Position numbers and translations under genes: made by a program. 64,000 nt of DNA from IMG/VR virus record IMGVR_UViG_3300038679_000051, positions 96,001 to 160,000 of that record, one strand, 5' to 3'. The stretch comes from a virus (Duplodnaviria > Caudoviricetes). This document shows positions 33,696 to 44,619 of the stretch, piece after piece (within the stretch, counting starts at the first letter, position 1; every line of letters begins with the position of its first letter). Under the pieces are notes generated by a model. The model was not told the DNA's origin. It made no database searches and saw only the letters and a program-made list of their open reading frames with translations.

Positions 33696-34322
33696 CTATC
33701 CGGCCAACACGTCACCATTGACGAAATTGGCTATGTTGGTCAACAAAACGGTAAATTTATCACCAGTTTTCAAATCATTCACTAAGTTTATTCTGACTGG
33801 ACAAGTACCGGGATCGATTTGTACGTCGCGAGGATCGATCAATGATCCATTTACCCATACAAACGGTCTAGTGTTTGAGTAAATGCTTGATCTGATTGAT
33901 TCAGGTATCGGTATGCCATTTGTAGCATTAATGGCACGACCACTATATGTCGATTGTGGTCGTATGGATGCTAATGCGACGCTCGCACTGTCATACCATT
34001 GTGATAATGAAATAGGCCCAGGTAATCCAAGAGAAATGACATCTGATACTGGTGACCACTCAGTGCCGGCCACGCCAGTGCCAGTTCGAATTTTCAATGT
34101 CATATCATTTAAATCAAACCACGGTGATCCTACTCTGAAATTTTGTGGTTCATCATAAGACGATTGATTGGATAGCAATGCTATGATTGCCATTCTCATC
34201 CAATCATATCTTGGTTGACCAGGTGATGGATATTCATCATGTGGTTGGCCAGTTTCACCAACATCCGATGGAAAATTAATCAGTGGTCCAGGGATCCGAA
34301 ATCTATTGTCTGGTAAGGTCAT
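33696..34322 (-). CDS. Probable virion structural protein
   Basis: Context between structural genes; PFVWVNGSLIDP beta motif. Confidence 0.5.
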   Translation of the reverse strand: MTLPDNRFRIPGPLINFPSDVGETGQPHDEYPSPGQPRYDWMRMAIIALLSNQSSYDEPQNFRVGSPWFDLNDMTLKIRTGTGVAGTEWSPVSDVISLGLPGPISLSQWYDSASVALASIRPQSTYSGRAINATNGIPIPESIRSSIYSNTRPFVWVNGSLIDPRDVQIDPGTCPVRINLVNDLKTGDKFTVLLTNIANFVNGDVLAG

Positions 34323-34339
34323 TTTGTCTCCTATCTCTC

Positions 34340-34756
34340 TTATTTACGTTCATATCGTTGATTAAAGAATTCAACGATCGACTCAGATATGTCTCTTGAC
34401 AATGGTAATTCACCATATTTTCCATTGAACGTATCTGATAAATTACCAGTAACATCCCAAATCTTTAGACTAAAATTAGGTATTATTTTTAAATCTGAAA
34501 TTCCACGTTTTAAAATCAAAGTGTGAATTTCATTTAGAGTCATATCTACGTCTATTTTAAATTTGTCTTTGGTTTCTGTTAGGATATTATTCATTAAATC
34601 GCTTACGATATTGCGCAATTTCTCAGATAAAATCTGTTGTTGTACTCTCAAATCCTGTAATTTACCTAACGTAACATATACGTCAACAAATTTGTCATCC
34701 GACAGTCTATCAAGCGCAGAATCAATTTTCGTGTCATCCATCTTCGTTCCTCCCAA
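34340..34756 (-). CDS. Hypothetical protein
   Basis: 138-aa ORF. Confidence 0.5.
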   Translation of the reverse strand: MGGTKMDDTKIDSALDRLSDDKFVDVYVTLGKLQDLRVQQQILSEKLRNIVSDLMNNILTETKDKFKIDVDMTLNEIHTLILKRGISDLKIIPNFSLKIWDVTGNLSDTFNGKYGELPLSRDISESIVEFFNQRYERK

Positions 34757-34784
34757 AGCAATAATTTATATTTGTCTTATAGAA

Positions 34785-35081
34785 TCATTTTAATTTGGCT
34801 AGCTTTCGCGCATCAATGATGGCATATGAATTCCGAAAAAACACAAAATAATATAAACGATCCAGGAAATTCATGTGTTTGAATTCTACCATAAAGTATA
34901 TGCTATATATTAAATATATCCATTTACTTCCGGTGAATCCCAAGACATAATAAAAGAATAATTTATCATACCATGACAAATTACCAATCAGAGTGACTAC
35001 GTGGGATAGTCCATCTCCGGTTTTGAAACGTTCTTTGTGGTTGCAGACTTCGATTTTGTCTAGAAATTCTTCTGTAGTCAT
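34785..35081 (-). CDS. Hypothetical protein
   Basis: 98-aa ORF. Confidence 0.45.
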   Translation of the reverse strand: MTTEEFLDKIEVCNHKERFKTGDGLSHVVTLIGNLSWYDKLFFYYVLGFTGSKWIYLIYSIYFMVEFKHMNFLDRLYYFVFFRNSYAIIDARKLAKLK

Positions 35082-35111
35082 GTGCTTTTTTTATCTCGCC
35101 ATTCTTAAGCG

Positions 35112-38100
35112 TCAAATATCATCGTGTCCTACAGTAACTTCGGTTCCAGTTCCGGGCCAAGTGGCATCACAAACAGCTATGCCATCATCGTTACCCCACA
35201 CATTAATCCAATAAAAGGGTTGATGGTGACTACTAGGAACCATATAATAAAGTTCAGCACCTACCTGAATTAAGTCAGGCCAATAAACTAAATGATCTTC
35301 GTGAACATTGACGTTTGCCCATCTCGTTCCACATGAAATGAGCATTTCAACCACTTCTTTGATCCCACAGTTGAAGAAATCACCAAATATCGTTTCAGCC
35401 TTCAATGGGATCTTATCGCCGCATTTCCATGACGTTTGAATTAATTCAATTCGTTGTTCACCACCGGCGGAGATGATTTGATAACTAGAGGCATAAAATT
35501 CGATGATTTTTCTGTCGATTGTCACAATTCCACGTCTAAATACCCGACCATTTATAATTTCTCCGGCTGGCGATTCACCCCATACATGTGGAATTTTCGT
35601 TGTCGTCAATATGTCCAATCTATTGTCATAGAATTTATACTCGACCTCATATTGTGTGTCATAATTATCTTTAAAAAAGAACGACCCTTCTGTCTGGGCA
35701 TCTTTCAATCTAAATGAATCAGGAATAGAACCATCATTAATGTTGGAACAACTTCCAAACGTTTCATTTAATTTTAGTTTGGGAAGCACGGATAATTGAT
35801 CACAATGCGCATCGATTGTTCCATTTGCCGTGCGCATCTTATCGATCATACATTGCCTGTCATTGGCATCAGAACCACCACAATCCAGACAACCACAATC
35901 ATTGCGCAGTCCTTGGTAATGTTGGTATCTATATATGCTTTCATCGATCAGTATTCCACTGCCTGACTTGAATAATAATGGAAGTGACCCAGTAGAATCA
36001 TGTGTTGGTAAATTGAGCAATTCCATCAAGTCCTGATCATCAGTCCCGCCTCTTTCGAATCCTCTATCAAATGAATATTCATATGTGCCATATTCAGACG
36101 GGTGACCATCAATACAATCTTCACCACTTTGTGATTCCGATTGGAAAATGTGTAATCCATCGTTGATTGTAGTCTCAGTGGTGGTCGTAGTCTGATCGAA
36201 TGTAATCGCCAACCTAGGATCACCCGGTTGCAACTCATCATGCATGTAGATTTTATGAGTCACGAATAAGGTAGATGTGTGATCTCCGAAGGTCATGATG
36301 TCTTGGGTTATGCCATTACCAGATAATCTATAGGGAGCATCATCAAAATAAATGTGCTGATTGCCATCGCTACCAATCTCAAGACGTGCATTTAGAGGGT
36401 TATCATAATTTATGCCATTGCAATCGTATGTTGGCCAAGGATAATCCCATGGTTTAGCTTTCCAATTTTTGCTTTCATAGTCGTTCAACAATTTATCAGC
36501 AGTTATGAATCGATGACCAGGGAAAAAACTATTAGATTTCTGTATGTCTAATGACCGTCTCTGCCATGCCAAATAATTATTCTTTTGATCATCTTCATTG
36601 AAATATGCACGATCAGTAAATCGCAATGACGGTTGTGGCTCATCATAATCAGTGCGTAATTTACCTAGGAAACCACCTTTCTCTAGGACGTCCGCCTTCT
36701 TATTGATCGTATAATAAACTCCAGAACCAAATCCTAATAGACATGGTTTGCATCTTACTGAATCAATCATTCTTAGATGTCGTTCATTTTTAAGTCGATC
36801 AACGACCCGCCCAATATAACATTTATTGACCGTTGCGTCGTCATCACATACTTTCTCACGTAAATCCGGCACCTGGTCGTAATCCAAATCAACGTTCTTA
36901 AGTAATTCTTGCCCGAATTGCGTATATTGACATTCAGTACCAATCGGTTTCCCTGATGGAACTCTAGATAAACGATTCACCAATTCTTCTTGATCGGGCG
37001 TTAAAATATGAGTACCATCGAGATCTTTCCAAGCAATGTGTTCGGCTCTTAAACCATCTATTACTCTTGAGCGTAATTTTTGATTTTCAGTAATGATGCC
37101 ATTCTCAGTGCCTGGCTTACACTTATCAGCGCTCTCGTCTGGTGGATAAAAATATGGTGGTTTTTCCAATTTACCACCAGCATAATTAGGATCTTGTTTG
37201 TTATCTGCACCCAAACAAAAATCAGTGACGTTATATATGTCCAACACATTTTGTGTAAACGTCAATTTTCGCAATAAGCTGTGAAATGCTTTCAGCTTAA
37301 ATATGAAATTTATTAAGAAATCAAGTAGATCTGATTGTATATCATCCTCAGATTGTGAGGCAATATTTACATCGAATCTATTAGACCTTAAATCAATCAA
37401 GGAATCAGGCAAAATGATCTTGGTTCTGGGATAGACGGCAAAAATGAACAAAGCATCATTCTCATTGAATTTAATGTAATGATCAAATGTGACGTTTATA
37501 ACGTTGAAATCATGTCCATATGAAATCCCTGATTTCGACAATGGTGTGATTCCGGTTCCATATTCATCTATAGCTCCTCTTTTTTGATCGACGAGAATCC
37601 GCGAATGTCCTATCACGGTCTGGTCGGGTATGATTTGGTTTAATAATTTAGATGATGGAAATCCAGCAGCATCATTTTTACAAGCATCCTCTGTGGATTC
37701 TGGACCCGACATTATCTGATTAATTATGTCTTTCAATTGTGAATAAATTGGGCCATCTTTTTTAACATGCCATGCTTCAATAGCAATCATATCATTGCTT
37801 CTGAACAACAATGGAACGCTGAATTGCCCAAAACCGGCTGCAACATAATCAGAGACCAATGCATCAGTCTGACATTTTTCCTGTGTCATAATTTTCTGGT
37901 CGGAATAATGGGGTGGCAATGGCTCATTTGGGCCGATGAATCTTTTGCCATCTTTGGAATACCAAAGATTAATTAATTCTATTGAAAAACCAAAAATTTT
38001 GAACAAATCAGAGATTGCAAGTCTCGTGCCTTTCAATTTTTGTAATCGGACACCATTACGAAGCATTGCACGACGTATCGAATCTTTATTTCTGGGAAAA

Positions 38101-38930
38101 TTTGGTAAATCCCACCCAATTAAATATGCGAGATATGGTATCAATTGTACTGGTATTTTATTGATCCAATTCACTCCAAGCAATAATTTCTGCTCATCAA
38201 ATATGTCCTGTAATCCATCAGCGTATGCCCGCATCAATTTTACTACTGGGTCGTTAGTACGGTCGACGTCTCCTAAATATATCGCTGGCATGTTATCAAT
38301 CATCATCCGATGGACGTCACCAGGATGTGCCATCAACATCCGAAATCTAGCAATTGCAAATTCATCTCGAATGCAATCAAAATCATTAGTAGACGTTGTC
38401 GATCGAATTTTATATCTACATTGCCACACAAAATAATAATCGTCCTCTGGCAGACCACTGACGCTTATTTTGAAATTGGATAAATCATAATAATCGGCAT
38501 CTTTGTAATATGGCACTCTGCCTATTGTACCCGATCTTAAACGATATTCAAAATAATCGCCATTCACTGCTTCTTCATATGTCTTTGGCGTGCCGTCGGA
38601 AGCATAGAAATTTTGCCCTTCTAGAATGGTATTTAATCTGCTGTCTATAAATTCTTGCGTACCAGGTTCGAAGACATATAACGTCCGTTGTGGAACAAAA
38701 ACCCCAACGTTCTCCGGACCGGCTACTTTAGCTGGTGTAGGCGCATCTTCAATATAAAATTGTAATTCCGACACCGCAGAGTCAGACAAAGGCGTCCCAC
38801 TCATTGATCTAACCCATGGTACGACTAGGATCAATGGCAAAGAGACATCTTGATATCCGGTTCTGGCATTTTGGATGTCAAACCTAAAGAAACTAGGTTG
38901 AAATCTATCAATTGCAGGTGCAACAGGCAT
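35112..38930 (-). CDS. Large baseplate wedge / tail protein I-like structural protein
   Basis: 1272 aa; IP.QLIPYLAYLIGWD...IRR....LQKLKGTRLAISDLFKIFG matches the P2 gpI-like domain. Confidence 0.7.
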   Translation of the reverse strand: MPVAPAIDRFQPSFFRFDIQNARTGYQDVSLPLILVVPWVRSMSGTPLSDSAVSELQFYIEDAPTPAKVAGPENVGVFVPQRTLYVFEPGTQEFIDSRLNTILEGQNFYASDGTPKTYEEAVNGDYFEYRLRSGTIGRVPYYKDADYYDLSNFKISVSGLPEDDYYFVWQCRYKIRSTTSTNDFDCIRDEFAIARFRMLMAHPGDVHRMMIDNMPAIYLGDVDRTNDPVVKLMRAYADGLQDIFDEQKLLLGVNWINKIPVQLIPYLAYLIGWDLPNFPRNKDSIRRAMLRNGVRLQKLKGTRLAISDLFKIFGFSIELINLWYSKDGKRFIGPNEPLPPHYSDQKIMTQEKCQTDALVSDYVAAGFGQFSVPLLFRSNDMIAIEAWHVKKDGPIYSQLKDIINQIMSGPESTEDACKNDAAGFPSSKLLNQIIPDQTVIGHSRILVDQKRGAIDEYGTGITPLSKSGISYGHDFNVINVTFDHYIKFNENDALFIFAVYPRTKIILPDSLIDLRSNRFDVNIASQSEDDIQSDLLDFLINFIFKLKAFHSLLRKLTFTQNVLDIYNVTDFCLGADNKQDPNYAGGKLEKPPYFYPPDESADKCKPGTENGIITENQKLRSRVIDGLRAEHIAWKDLDGTHILTPDQEELVNRLSRVPSGKPIGTECQYTQFGQELLKNVDLDYDQVPDLREKVCDDDATVNKCYIGRVVDRLKNERHLRMIDSVRCKPCLLGFGSGVYYTINKKADVLEKGGFLGKLRTDYDEPQPSLRFTDRAYFNEDDQKNNYLAWQRRSLDIQKSNSFFPGHRFITADKLLNDYESKNWKAKPWDYPWPTYDCNGINYDNPLNARLEIGSDGNQHIYFDDAPYRLSGNGITQDIMTFGDHTSTLFVTHKIYMHDELQPGDPRLAITFDQTTTTTETTINDGLHIFQSESQSGEDCIDGHPSEYGTYEYSFDRGFERGGTDDQDLMELLNLPTHDSTGSLPLLFKSGSGILIDESIYRYQHYQGLRNDCGCLDCGGSDANDRQCMIDKMRTANGTIDAHCDQLSVLPKLKLNETFGSCSNINDGSIPDSFRLKDAQTEGSFFFKDNYDTQYEVEYKFYDNRLDILTTTKIPHVWGESPAGEIINGRVFRRGIVTIDRKIIEFYASSYQIISAGGEQRIELIQTSWKCGDKIPLKAETIFGDFFNCGIKEVVEMLISCGTRWANVNVHEDHLVYWPDLIQVGAELYYMVPSSHHQPFYWINVWGNDDGIAVCDATWPGTGTEVTVGHDDI

Positions 38931-38954
38931 GTTCTATCCCCTTTAAAGTATGTT

Positions 38955-39317
38955 TTATAACCAATTAGGTATTGATTTAATCCAATTTTCTGGACACCAG
39001 AAGATCGTATTCTTAACTAATTGTCCGTCATGGTATCTTAAACATACGCGATAATGAACGTGGTCTTTATTGATAATTGTCCCTGGAGAGAGATAAAATT
39101 TATGATCAGCATTATTGAGGTAAATTTTAGTACCAATCTTTAACAAGGGTATTTTGGCTTTTATCTTCTGGTTTGGCATGATCAACATCATTTCATTGAT
39201 TTTCTTAATCCAGAACATTTCGCCACATTTTTGGCAGATAAATGGAAATCCTAAATATTCATGCCATGATTCATTGCGACCCTCTTGTTCGAACTTACAT
39301 TTGGGACATCTAAACAT
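38955..39317 (-). CDS. Zinc-ribbon plus SH3-like protein
   Basis: CPKC...CQKC. Confidence 0.55.
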   Translation of the reverse strand: MFRCPKCKFEQEGRNESWHEYLGFPFICQKCGEMFWIKKINEMMLIMPNQKIKAKIPLLKIGTKIYLNNADHKFYLSPGTIINKDHVHYRVCLRYHDGQLVKNTIFWCPENWIKSIPNWL

Positions 39318-39377
39318 TGATGGAGACCCTCCAGCCGTATATACGGATACGAGGTGAACCTCTAAAGGGGAACAAGA

Positions 39378-39980
39378 ATGAATAAATCACCATTGGTCCT
39401 TTGCGTAAGTTATATACCACTGTTCATTGCTGACCCAACTAAAAATCACTCAATGAAAGAGATCATCAAATTATTAAATGAGGCCATCGAAAATGTACCA
39501 TGCCCAATTGCTTGCGTGTGGGCACAAATAAATGATAAACACATCCCATGTTTTTTGATCAATAAAGCTAGAGAAATAGTTGACCATATTCTGCTATGGT
39601 CAGAGGATAAACCACATGAATGGTTTAAATTAATTGTTGAACGTGATGTGGCTCATTACGAAGTTGCATTGTTTCCCAACCTAATTAAATCAAAAGAAAG
39701 ACAATTAATTCAATATGTAATGACCAATAATGAAATTATACCGGAAAGTTCCGAACGACAAATTCTCTTTAAACCATTGCATTTCCGCAGTAAAAGCATC
39801 AGCATGATTAACACAATTAATCTTGCGGATCCTTCAATGGTCGGTTTCATCGAATCGGACGGACTTGATTTAAATCAGCTTGACTTAGGCAAGATACCAG
39901 AGCCAATCATGATTGGCCCGTTCGAGATAGACAAAGACCAGAGTCTCAAGACATATTCGAAAGGACTAGAAGATGAATGA
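39378..39980 (+). CDS. Hypothetical protein
   Basis: 200-aa ORF. Confidence 0.6.
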   Translation: MNKSPLVLCVSYIPLFIADPTKNHSMKEIIKLLNEAIENVPCPIACVWAQINDKHIPCFLINKAREIVDHILLWSEDKPHEWFKLIVERDVAHYEVALFPNLIKSKERQLIQYVMTNNEIIPESSERQILFKPLHFRSKSISMINTINLADPSMVGFIESDGLDLNQLDLGKIPEPIMIGPFEIDKDQSLKTYSKGLEDE

Positions 39981-40133
39981 CATATGCTCCGCAGCAACAG
40001 GTTCTTTGCCGAATGAGTGCTCGATAATTTCCACCCTTGTTCCAGTGAGGAATATCGTCCCATCGTCGCCATCAACGAGTTGTCCCCTGGCATTGTGAGG
40101 GTTGTAGTTACAGAGAAATTGCAAATATAATTT

Positions 40134-40937
40134 ATGAAATTATCGCTATTGTTTGAATCTAACGACATAATTAAACCATTCGGTATGTTTGTCTATCTGA
40201 ATAACGAGTATCCATACTGGGGGAATCCACGCGGTCGAAATAAAACTGTAGAATACGATAAAGGTAAATTTAATAGATATGCCAAACTTGGGTCCTATGC
40301 TGATGAGATTATTGAAGAATTACAGGCAATTATCGAAAAAGGCCATAATACAGACGATGGTCGGTGTGCATTTGCTAGTTTACTTATGATGTTGTATGGT
40401 GTAAGAATAGGCAATGAGGGTTCTGCAGAAGGATATGTTTCGGGATTGAAAAAGAATGAGGGCGAAATTGTCCACACATACGGGACGACCACTTTATTAA
40501 ATAGACATATATCATTTCCCACCGGTGCCATGATGCTTGATTTCCTAGGAAAGGAACAAGTGGCGCATAACATTATTGTTGTAAATGATTTCCTAAAACG
40601 ATATGGAAAATTATATCATGATCCGAACAATCCTGACGAAAAATGGCTGAAAATAGATTATGCCACCCTGTTTAAATTCATCAAGAGAAACATTGGTGAA
40701 CAATTCATACCAAAAGATCTGCGGACGTTTTGTGCAAATATATCTGCTTGGAATTATATGAAGAAAATTCTTGATAAACCTTTAGTTGACACTAAAACAA
40801 ATGCCAAAGCAGAAGTAAGGGAAATAGTCGAGAAGACAGCGAAACGACTTGGTAATACTGTTGGAATATGTCGCAGGGCATATCTTGACCACAGGATGCT
40901 CAATTGGTTCATCGATCAACGTTATGAATCATCGTGA
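40134..40937 (+). CDS. DNA topoisomerase IB (catalytic domain, minimal)
   Basis: GVRIGNE, YG.TTL...H, LDFLGK, PKDLRT, LGNT..ICRRAY: the R-K-R-H/N-Y pentad. Confidence 0.85.
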   Translation: MKLSLLFESNDIIKPFGMFVYLNNEYPYWGNPRGRNKTVEYDKGKFNRYAKLGSYADEIIEELQAIIEKGHNTDDGRCAFASLLMMLYGVRIGNEGSAEGYVSGLKKNEGEIVHTYGTTTLLNRHISFPTGAMMLDFLGKEQVAHNIIVVNDFLKRYGKLYHDPNNPDEKWLKIDYATLFKFIKRNIGEQFIPKDLRTFCANISAWNYMKKILDKPLVDTKTNAKAEVREIVEKTAKRLGNTVGICRRAYLDHRMLNWFIDQRYESS

Positions 40938-40939
40938 CC

Positions 40940-41524
40940 TTACATTGCTGCTGCTTTTACATTAATGTCCGGATAGTTTTTAGGCGGAATATAAACACAA
41001 TTCCCTAGGGCTTCTTCTTTCTTTTTACAATATTCCTTGATCAATGACAGCAGATCATTCATGACATTGTCTGGGATGCCCTTCTCGTCTTCACTAGCAT
41101 TAAACATGTCGATCACTATACATTTTCTACAAGTAAGAAATGGAGTATATGGATCGCATGGAACGCATTTCCCAGCTGGTGTTTTGTCTGCTACGCAAAC
41201 TCTAATTTCTGATACCGGTTCATCTTTCTCTATGACCTGCCGATCACCCATGACTAGAAATGACGTATATTTCATTAATTCTGCCGTCATAATACAATCT
41301 ATGTCCGTTGTGATTTGTGCATTCATCCATGTTCCTTGTTGTGTCTTATATATTCTACGCCCGACGTGTGACAGATGCCAACCGTGTGCCCCATACTCAT
41401 CATTTCCTAAGAACAATGTCGTTTTATGTTCCATATTATATGTTTGTAGGCGTGGTATTAGGCCAATATCTTGCAAACACTGCCTTAGTTCTATCATCCA
41501 TGACTTGTTGTCCATTCTCGTCAA
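40940..41524 (-). CDS. Hypothetical protein
   Basis: 194-aa ORF. Confidence 0.5.
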   Translation of the reverse strand: MTRMDNKSWMIELRQCLQDIGLIPRLQTYNMEHKTTLFLGNDEYGAHGWHLSHVGRRIYKTQQGTWMNAQITTDIDCIMTAELMKYTSFLVMGDRQVIEKDEPVSEIRVCVADKTPAGKCVPCDPYTPFLTCRKCIVIDMFNASEDEKGIPDNVMNDLLSLIKEYCKKKEEALGNCVYIPPKNYPDINVKAAAM

Positions 41525-42149
41525 TTGCCATGGTTACCCTTGCTCTCGTTCCTTTCATTTCTGGATGGAAATGAAACACATGAATTGGTTTAGATGCCCT
41601 ATAATATCTCTTCCAAAATCCAGAACATCCGACGTTGAATGTTTGGTCCACAATCGTTATTCTACCTTTATATTGATCTAAATTTAGGATTTTCCTGATT
41701 ATTGGTTCTTCTTTTTTCGATTGTTGTCGTTCAATCTCATTTACGATTTCTTGGACCATATCAATAGCTGATGGCCGTATGAACATGCTGCCACCATTGA
41801 TTTTTCTTTCTACTGAGTATGTCGTGACCCCTATGTCTGTAAATTCTGGCATATCAAATTTTATTTGTTGCCATGCATCTAAATCATGCGCCCAGAATGG
41901 TTCGTTCATTCCGTGTTTGAGCAACAATAAAGTTGAGAATGTCTTACTACCGGTTAAGCATCCCCCTGGATTTAAATCCATCTTCATTGCCTTGACGCCC
42001 ATAAATTCAAAATCGAAATTAGTCACCAATATGATTGAATCAGTCGACCAACCAAGTTCGATGCTATTGTCGATTTGTGCCTTCAAATATGATTCGAAAT
42101 AATGAAAGTCTTTCTGCTTTTTAAGATAACAGGTAATCACGTTTTTCAT
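41436..42149 (-). CDS. GT-A fold nucleotide-diphospho-sugar transferase-like protein
   Basis: WAHDLDAW (DxD) and INGGSMF. Confidence 0.6.
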   Translation of the reverse strand: MKNVITCYLKKQKDFHYFESYLKAQIDNSIELGWSTDSIILVTNFDFEFMGVKAMKMDLNPGGCLTGSKTFSTLLLLKHGMNEPFWAHDLDAWQQIKFDMPEFTDIGVTTYSVERKINGGSMFIRPSAIDMVQEIVNEIERQQSKKEEPIIRKILNLDQYKGRITIVDQTFNVGCSGFWKRYYRASKPIHVFHFHPEMKGTRARVTMAIDENGQQVMDDRTKAVFARYWPNTTPTNI

Positions 42150-42874
42150 TGTGTGATCGTCTCCCTAAAATTCTTCAACAACGTGGCTGATCCCCAATTT
42201 TTGTCGACGTTGGCTACCAACATCCCATCTTTCAATTTTTTCATTGATATTGCTCTATTTCTTTCTTCCATTGCCCTACGATTCTTCTCCAGCATATACT
42301 TGACCCGATCAGCTCTTGCATGATGCAATCTGTTGATGTAGACATTACCCTCGAATCTTCCGATCTTAAAACCTAATGCCATAGCTCTGTCAAACATGTC
42401 TCTATCGTCATGACCATAACCAATTATGTCTTCATCATAACCACCCATATTAATGAAATCACTTTTAAAAAATCCCAATCGTCCATGCAATAATCTTTTA
42501 CCTTTCGAAAACAACGTTTTCGTACCCATTTCGTTTGCTAATCTATTTAATTCAGTTGCGAAATTGCCGGTGAAATTATCAGCATCAACGTTGCAAACGA
42601 TGTCCCCAGTTGCCGCTTTGAAGGCAACGTTCCTTGAATGTGTCATGCTGTAGAATCTTATGGTGCTTTCTTTCAGATACAGGATCTTACCATCGTCCAT
42701 TAATTGCACATATTGCTTCATCCATTCGTCTAAATTGTCTGGTGAATTATAATTTAGGATCACAAATTCTACGTTTGGATAGATGTTGTCTTCAATATTC
42801 TTGGGTAATGTCTCACATAAATGATGCAACCTACCCATACAAGTGGTACAAAGTGAAATCTTGTGAAATGCCAT
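42146..42874 (-). CDS. GT2/GT7-like glycosyltransferase (likely start MAFHKIS)
   Basis: ISLCTTCMGR, SRNVAFKAATGDIVCNVDAD, GGYDE...GYGHDDRD. Confidence 0.8.
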   Translation of the reverse strand: MAFHKISLCTTCMGRLHHLCETLPKNIEDNIYPNVEFVILNYNSPDNLDEWMKQYVQLMDDGKILYLKESTIRFYSMTHSRNVAFKAATGDIVCNVDADNFTGNFATELNRLANEMGTKTLFSKGKRLLHGRLGFFKSDFINMGGYDEDIIGYGHDDRDMFDRAMALGFKIGRFEGNVYINRLHHARADRVKYMLEKNRRAMEERNRAISMKKLKDGMLVANVDKNWGSATLLKNFRETITQ

Positions 42875-42878
42875 CGAA

Positions 42879-43205
42879 TCATACCTTCTGCATAGTCTTG
42901 GCATCAAGTATGTGTCCACAATCAACACAAACGAATACAATCCGACGACCAAATAAACGTGCAGGAATTGAACTATATGTGCCGTTTTCGTGTTGACATA
43001 AATCAAAAGGAATAACGAAAGTCCACGACAATTTTGTAGCTGTTGTGGTTGTACCAAGAACCTCTTCTTTCGTTCCTGTTATGAGTGTTCCTTGCGTCTG
43101 TTTCATTCTTTGCTCCTCGCAGTCCATTCCGAGACCTATTAATCTCTGAACTTCATAAATACTTAGCTCATTGTGCATTTCAAATCCTTCTGAATCTTTC
43201 ATCAT
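42879..43205 (-). CDS. Hypothetical zinc-binding protein
   Basis: C.H...FVCVDCG motif. Confidence 0.45.
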   Translation of the reverse strand: MMKDSEGFEMHNELSIYEVQRLIGLGMDCEEQRMKQTQGTLITGTKEEVLGTTTTATKLSWTFVIPFDLCQHENGTYSSIPARLFGRRIVFVCVDCGHILDAKTMQKV

Positions 43206-43211
43206 CCGTTT

Positions 43212-44069
43212 GTGGTTATTTTCGTAAATAATATGAGATTGGAGCTAAAGATGATGCCAGTGCCGCCGTGGATGACACACAGATTAAAAGAAATCACTAA
43301 GCAACCCATAGACATTAAACAATCCATACCTCCAATCACGGACAGACATACGAATCATTATTTTATAGATACGAAATTCAGAATTACCGAAGAGATATTT
43401 TCTGTGAATGGTCGTGGGCTGGGTGACGTATGGGGATCAATCTGTTATTTTTATAAATTGAGTGAAGATTTTGGTACCAAATTGAAATTATCTAAATATT
43501 ATATGAAATCACAAAGGAGGCGCGAATTCGAACGCAAGGCGGCAGAAATAATTCCATTGATTGATTCGACTGGATCGATGAATTTTGTTGATGGTGATCC
43601 TACAATAAAGATAAGACATCAGAACATAGGATATATACCATATTTTCCTACAAAGATTAGATGGATGGACATTCCAATTTGTGGTCATCCATCAGAATCG
43701 AATTCTACTACCTTTTGTTATCAATTTGATGGCAAGTCACATAAAGGCGCGAAAAACATGACTAAAGATCATGAGAAATTAATTATTGATTCTCTACAAT
43801 CACATGGATTATCACCAATTAAATTAGGCGGTCATTTGTCTCTAAATGAATGTGTAAACCACTTGTCGAAGTGCAAATTGTTCGTCGGCGTGGATAGTGG
43901 ATTCGCACATGTTTCATGTAGCGTCCGCAGTCCTACATATATAATTAGAAATCAGAGACCAGTCAAGGACTTAGATGATATATATTTCGGGAAAGGTGCA
44001 CGTTTCTGTAATTCAGCTCTGGATTTCGTGGAGAATTTAGATGACTCAATCATACGCACAAGACAATGA
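43212..44069 (+). CDS. GT9 (ADP-heptose transferase-like) glycosyltransferase
   Basis: GLGD.W and LFVGVDSGFAHVS. Confidence 0.75.
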   Translation: MVIFVNNMRLELKMMPVPPWMTHRLKEITKQPIDIKQSIPPITDRHTNHYFIDTKFRITEEIFSVNGRGLGDVWGSICYFYKLSEDFGTKLKLSKYYMKSQRRREFERKAAEIIPLIDSTGSMNFVDGDPTIKIRHQNIGYIPYFPTKIRWMDIPICGHPSESNSTTFCYQFDGKSHKGAKNMTKDHEKLIIDSLQSHGLSPIKLGGHLSLNECVNHLSKCKLFVGVDSGFAHVSCSVRSPTYIIRNQRPVKDLDDIYFGKGARFCNSALDFVENLDDSIIRTRQ

Positions 44070-44619
44070 AGATTTATTGATGGATAAATTTCTTGTTGAT
44101 TTGGGTAAAAAAGACATATCATATGTTGACATAGGTGCTGGTGATCCTATTATAATCAACAATACATACTATTTTTATCAAAAAGGATTCCACGGGGTAT
44201 TGGTTGATCCACTTCCATGGAATTGTAAATTAATAAGAGAAAAACGGCCTAGGGACATATTGATAGAAGGTGTGATCTATGATGGCGCTGAATCGGAGGT
44301 CTATGTTCGCGTTAAGGGTCGTCATGGCGGTGGTAGTAGAATAGTGTCGACGAAACCACCGGAACATAAACGACAGGTAACGGCATCAGCATGCAACATC
44401 AATGATGTTCTCGATTATTTTAGAAAAATTCCGGATCTCGTCTCGATTGATGCCGAAGGATATGATCTGACGATATTAAAAAGCATGAATCTAAAGAAAC
44501 GTAGAATCCCAATCATCTGCGTGGAAACTGAACATGATCAAAACATTGTGCCATTCATGACATCCAATGATTATAAAATTGTAGCTAAGACAAGATCAAA
44601 TACCATTTTCATGCAATGA
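44041..44619 (+). CDS. FkbM-family methyltransferase
   Basis: YVDIGAGDP..INNTY...GVLVDP...LVSIDAEGYD. Confidence 0.85.
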   Translation: MTQSYAQDNEDLLMDKFLVDLGKKDISYVDIGAGDPIIINNTYYFYQKGFHGVLVDPLPWNCKLIREKRPRDILIEGVIYDGAESEVYVRVKGRHGGGSRIVSTKPPEHKRQVTASACNINDVLDYFRKIPDLVSIDAEGYDLTILKSMNLKKRRIPIICVETEHDQNIVPFMTSNDYKIVAKTRSNTIFMQ

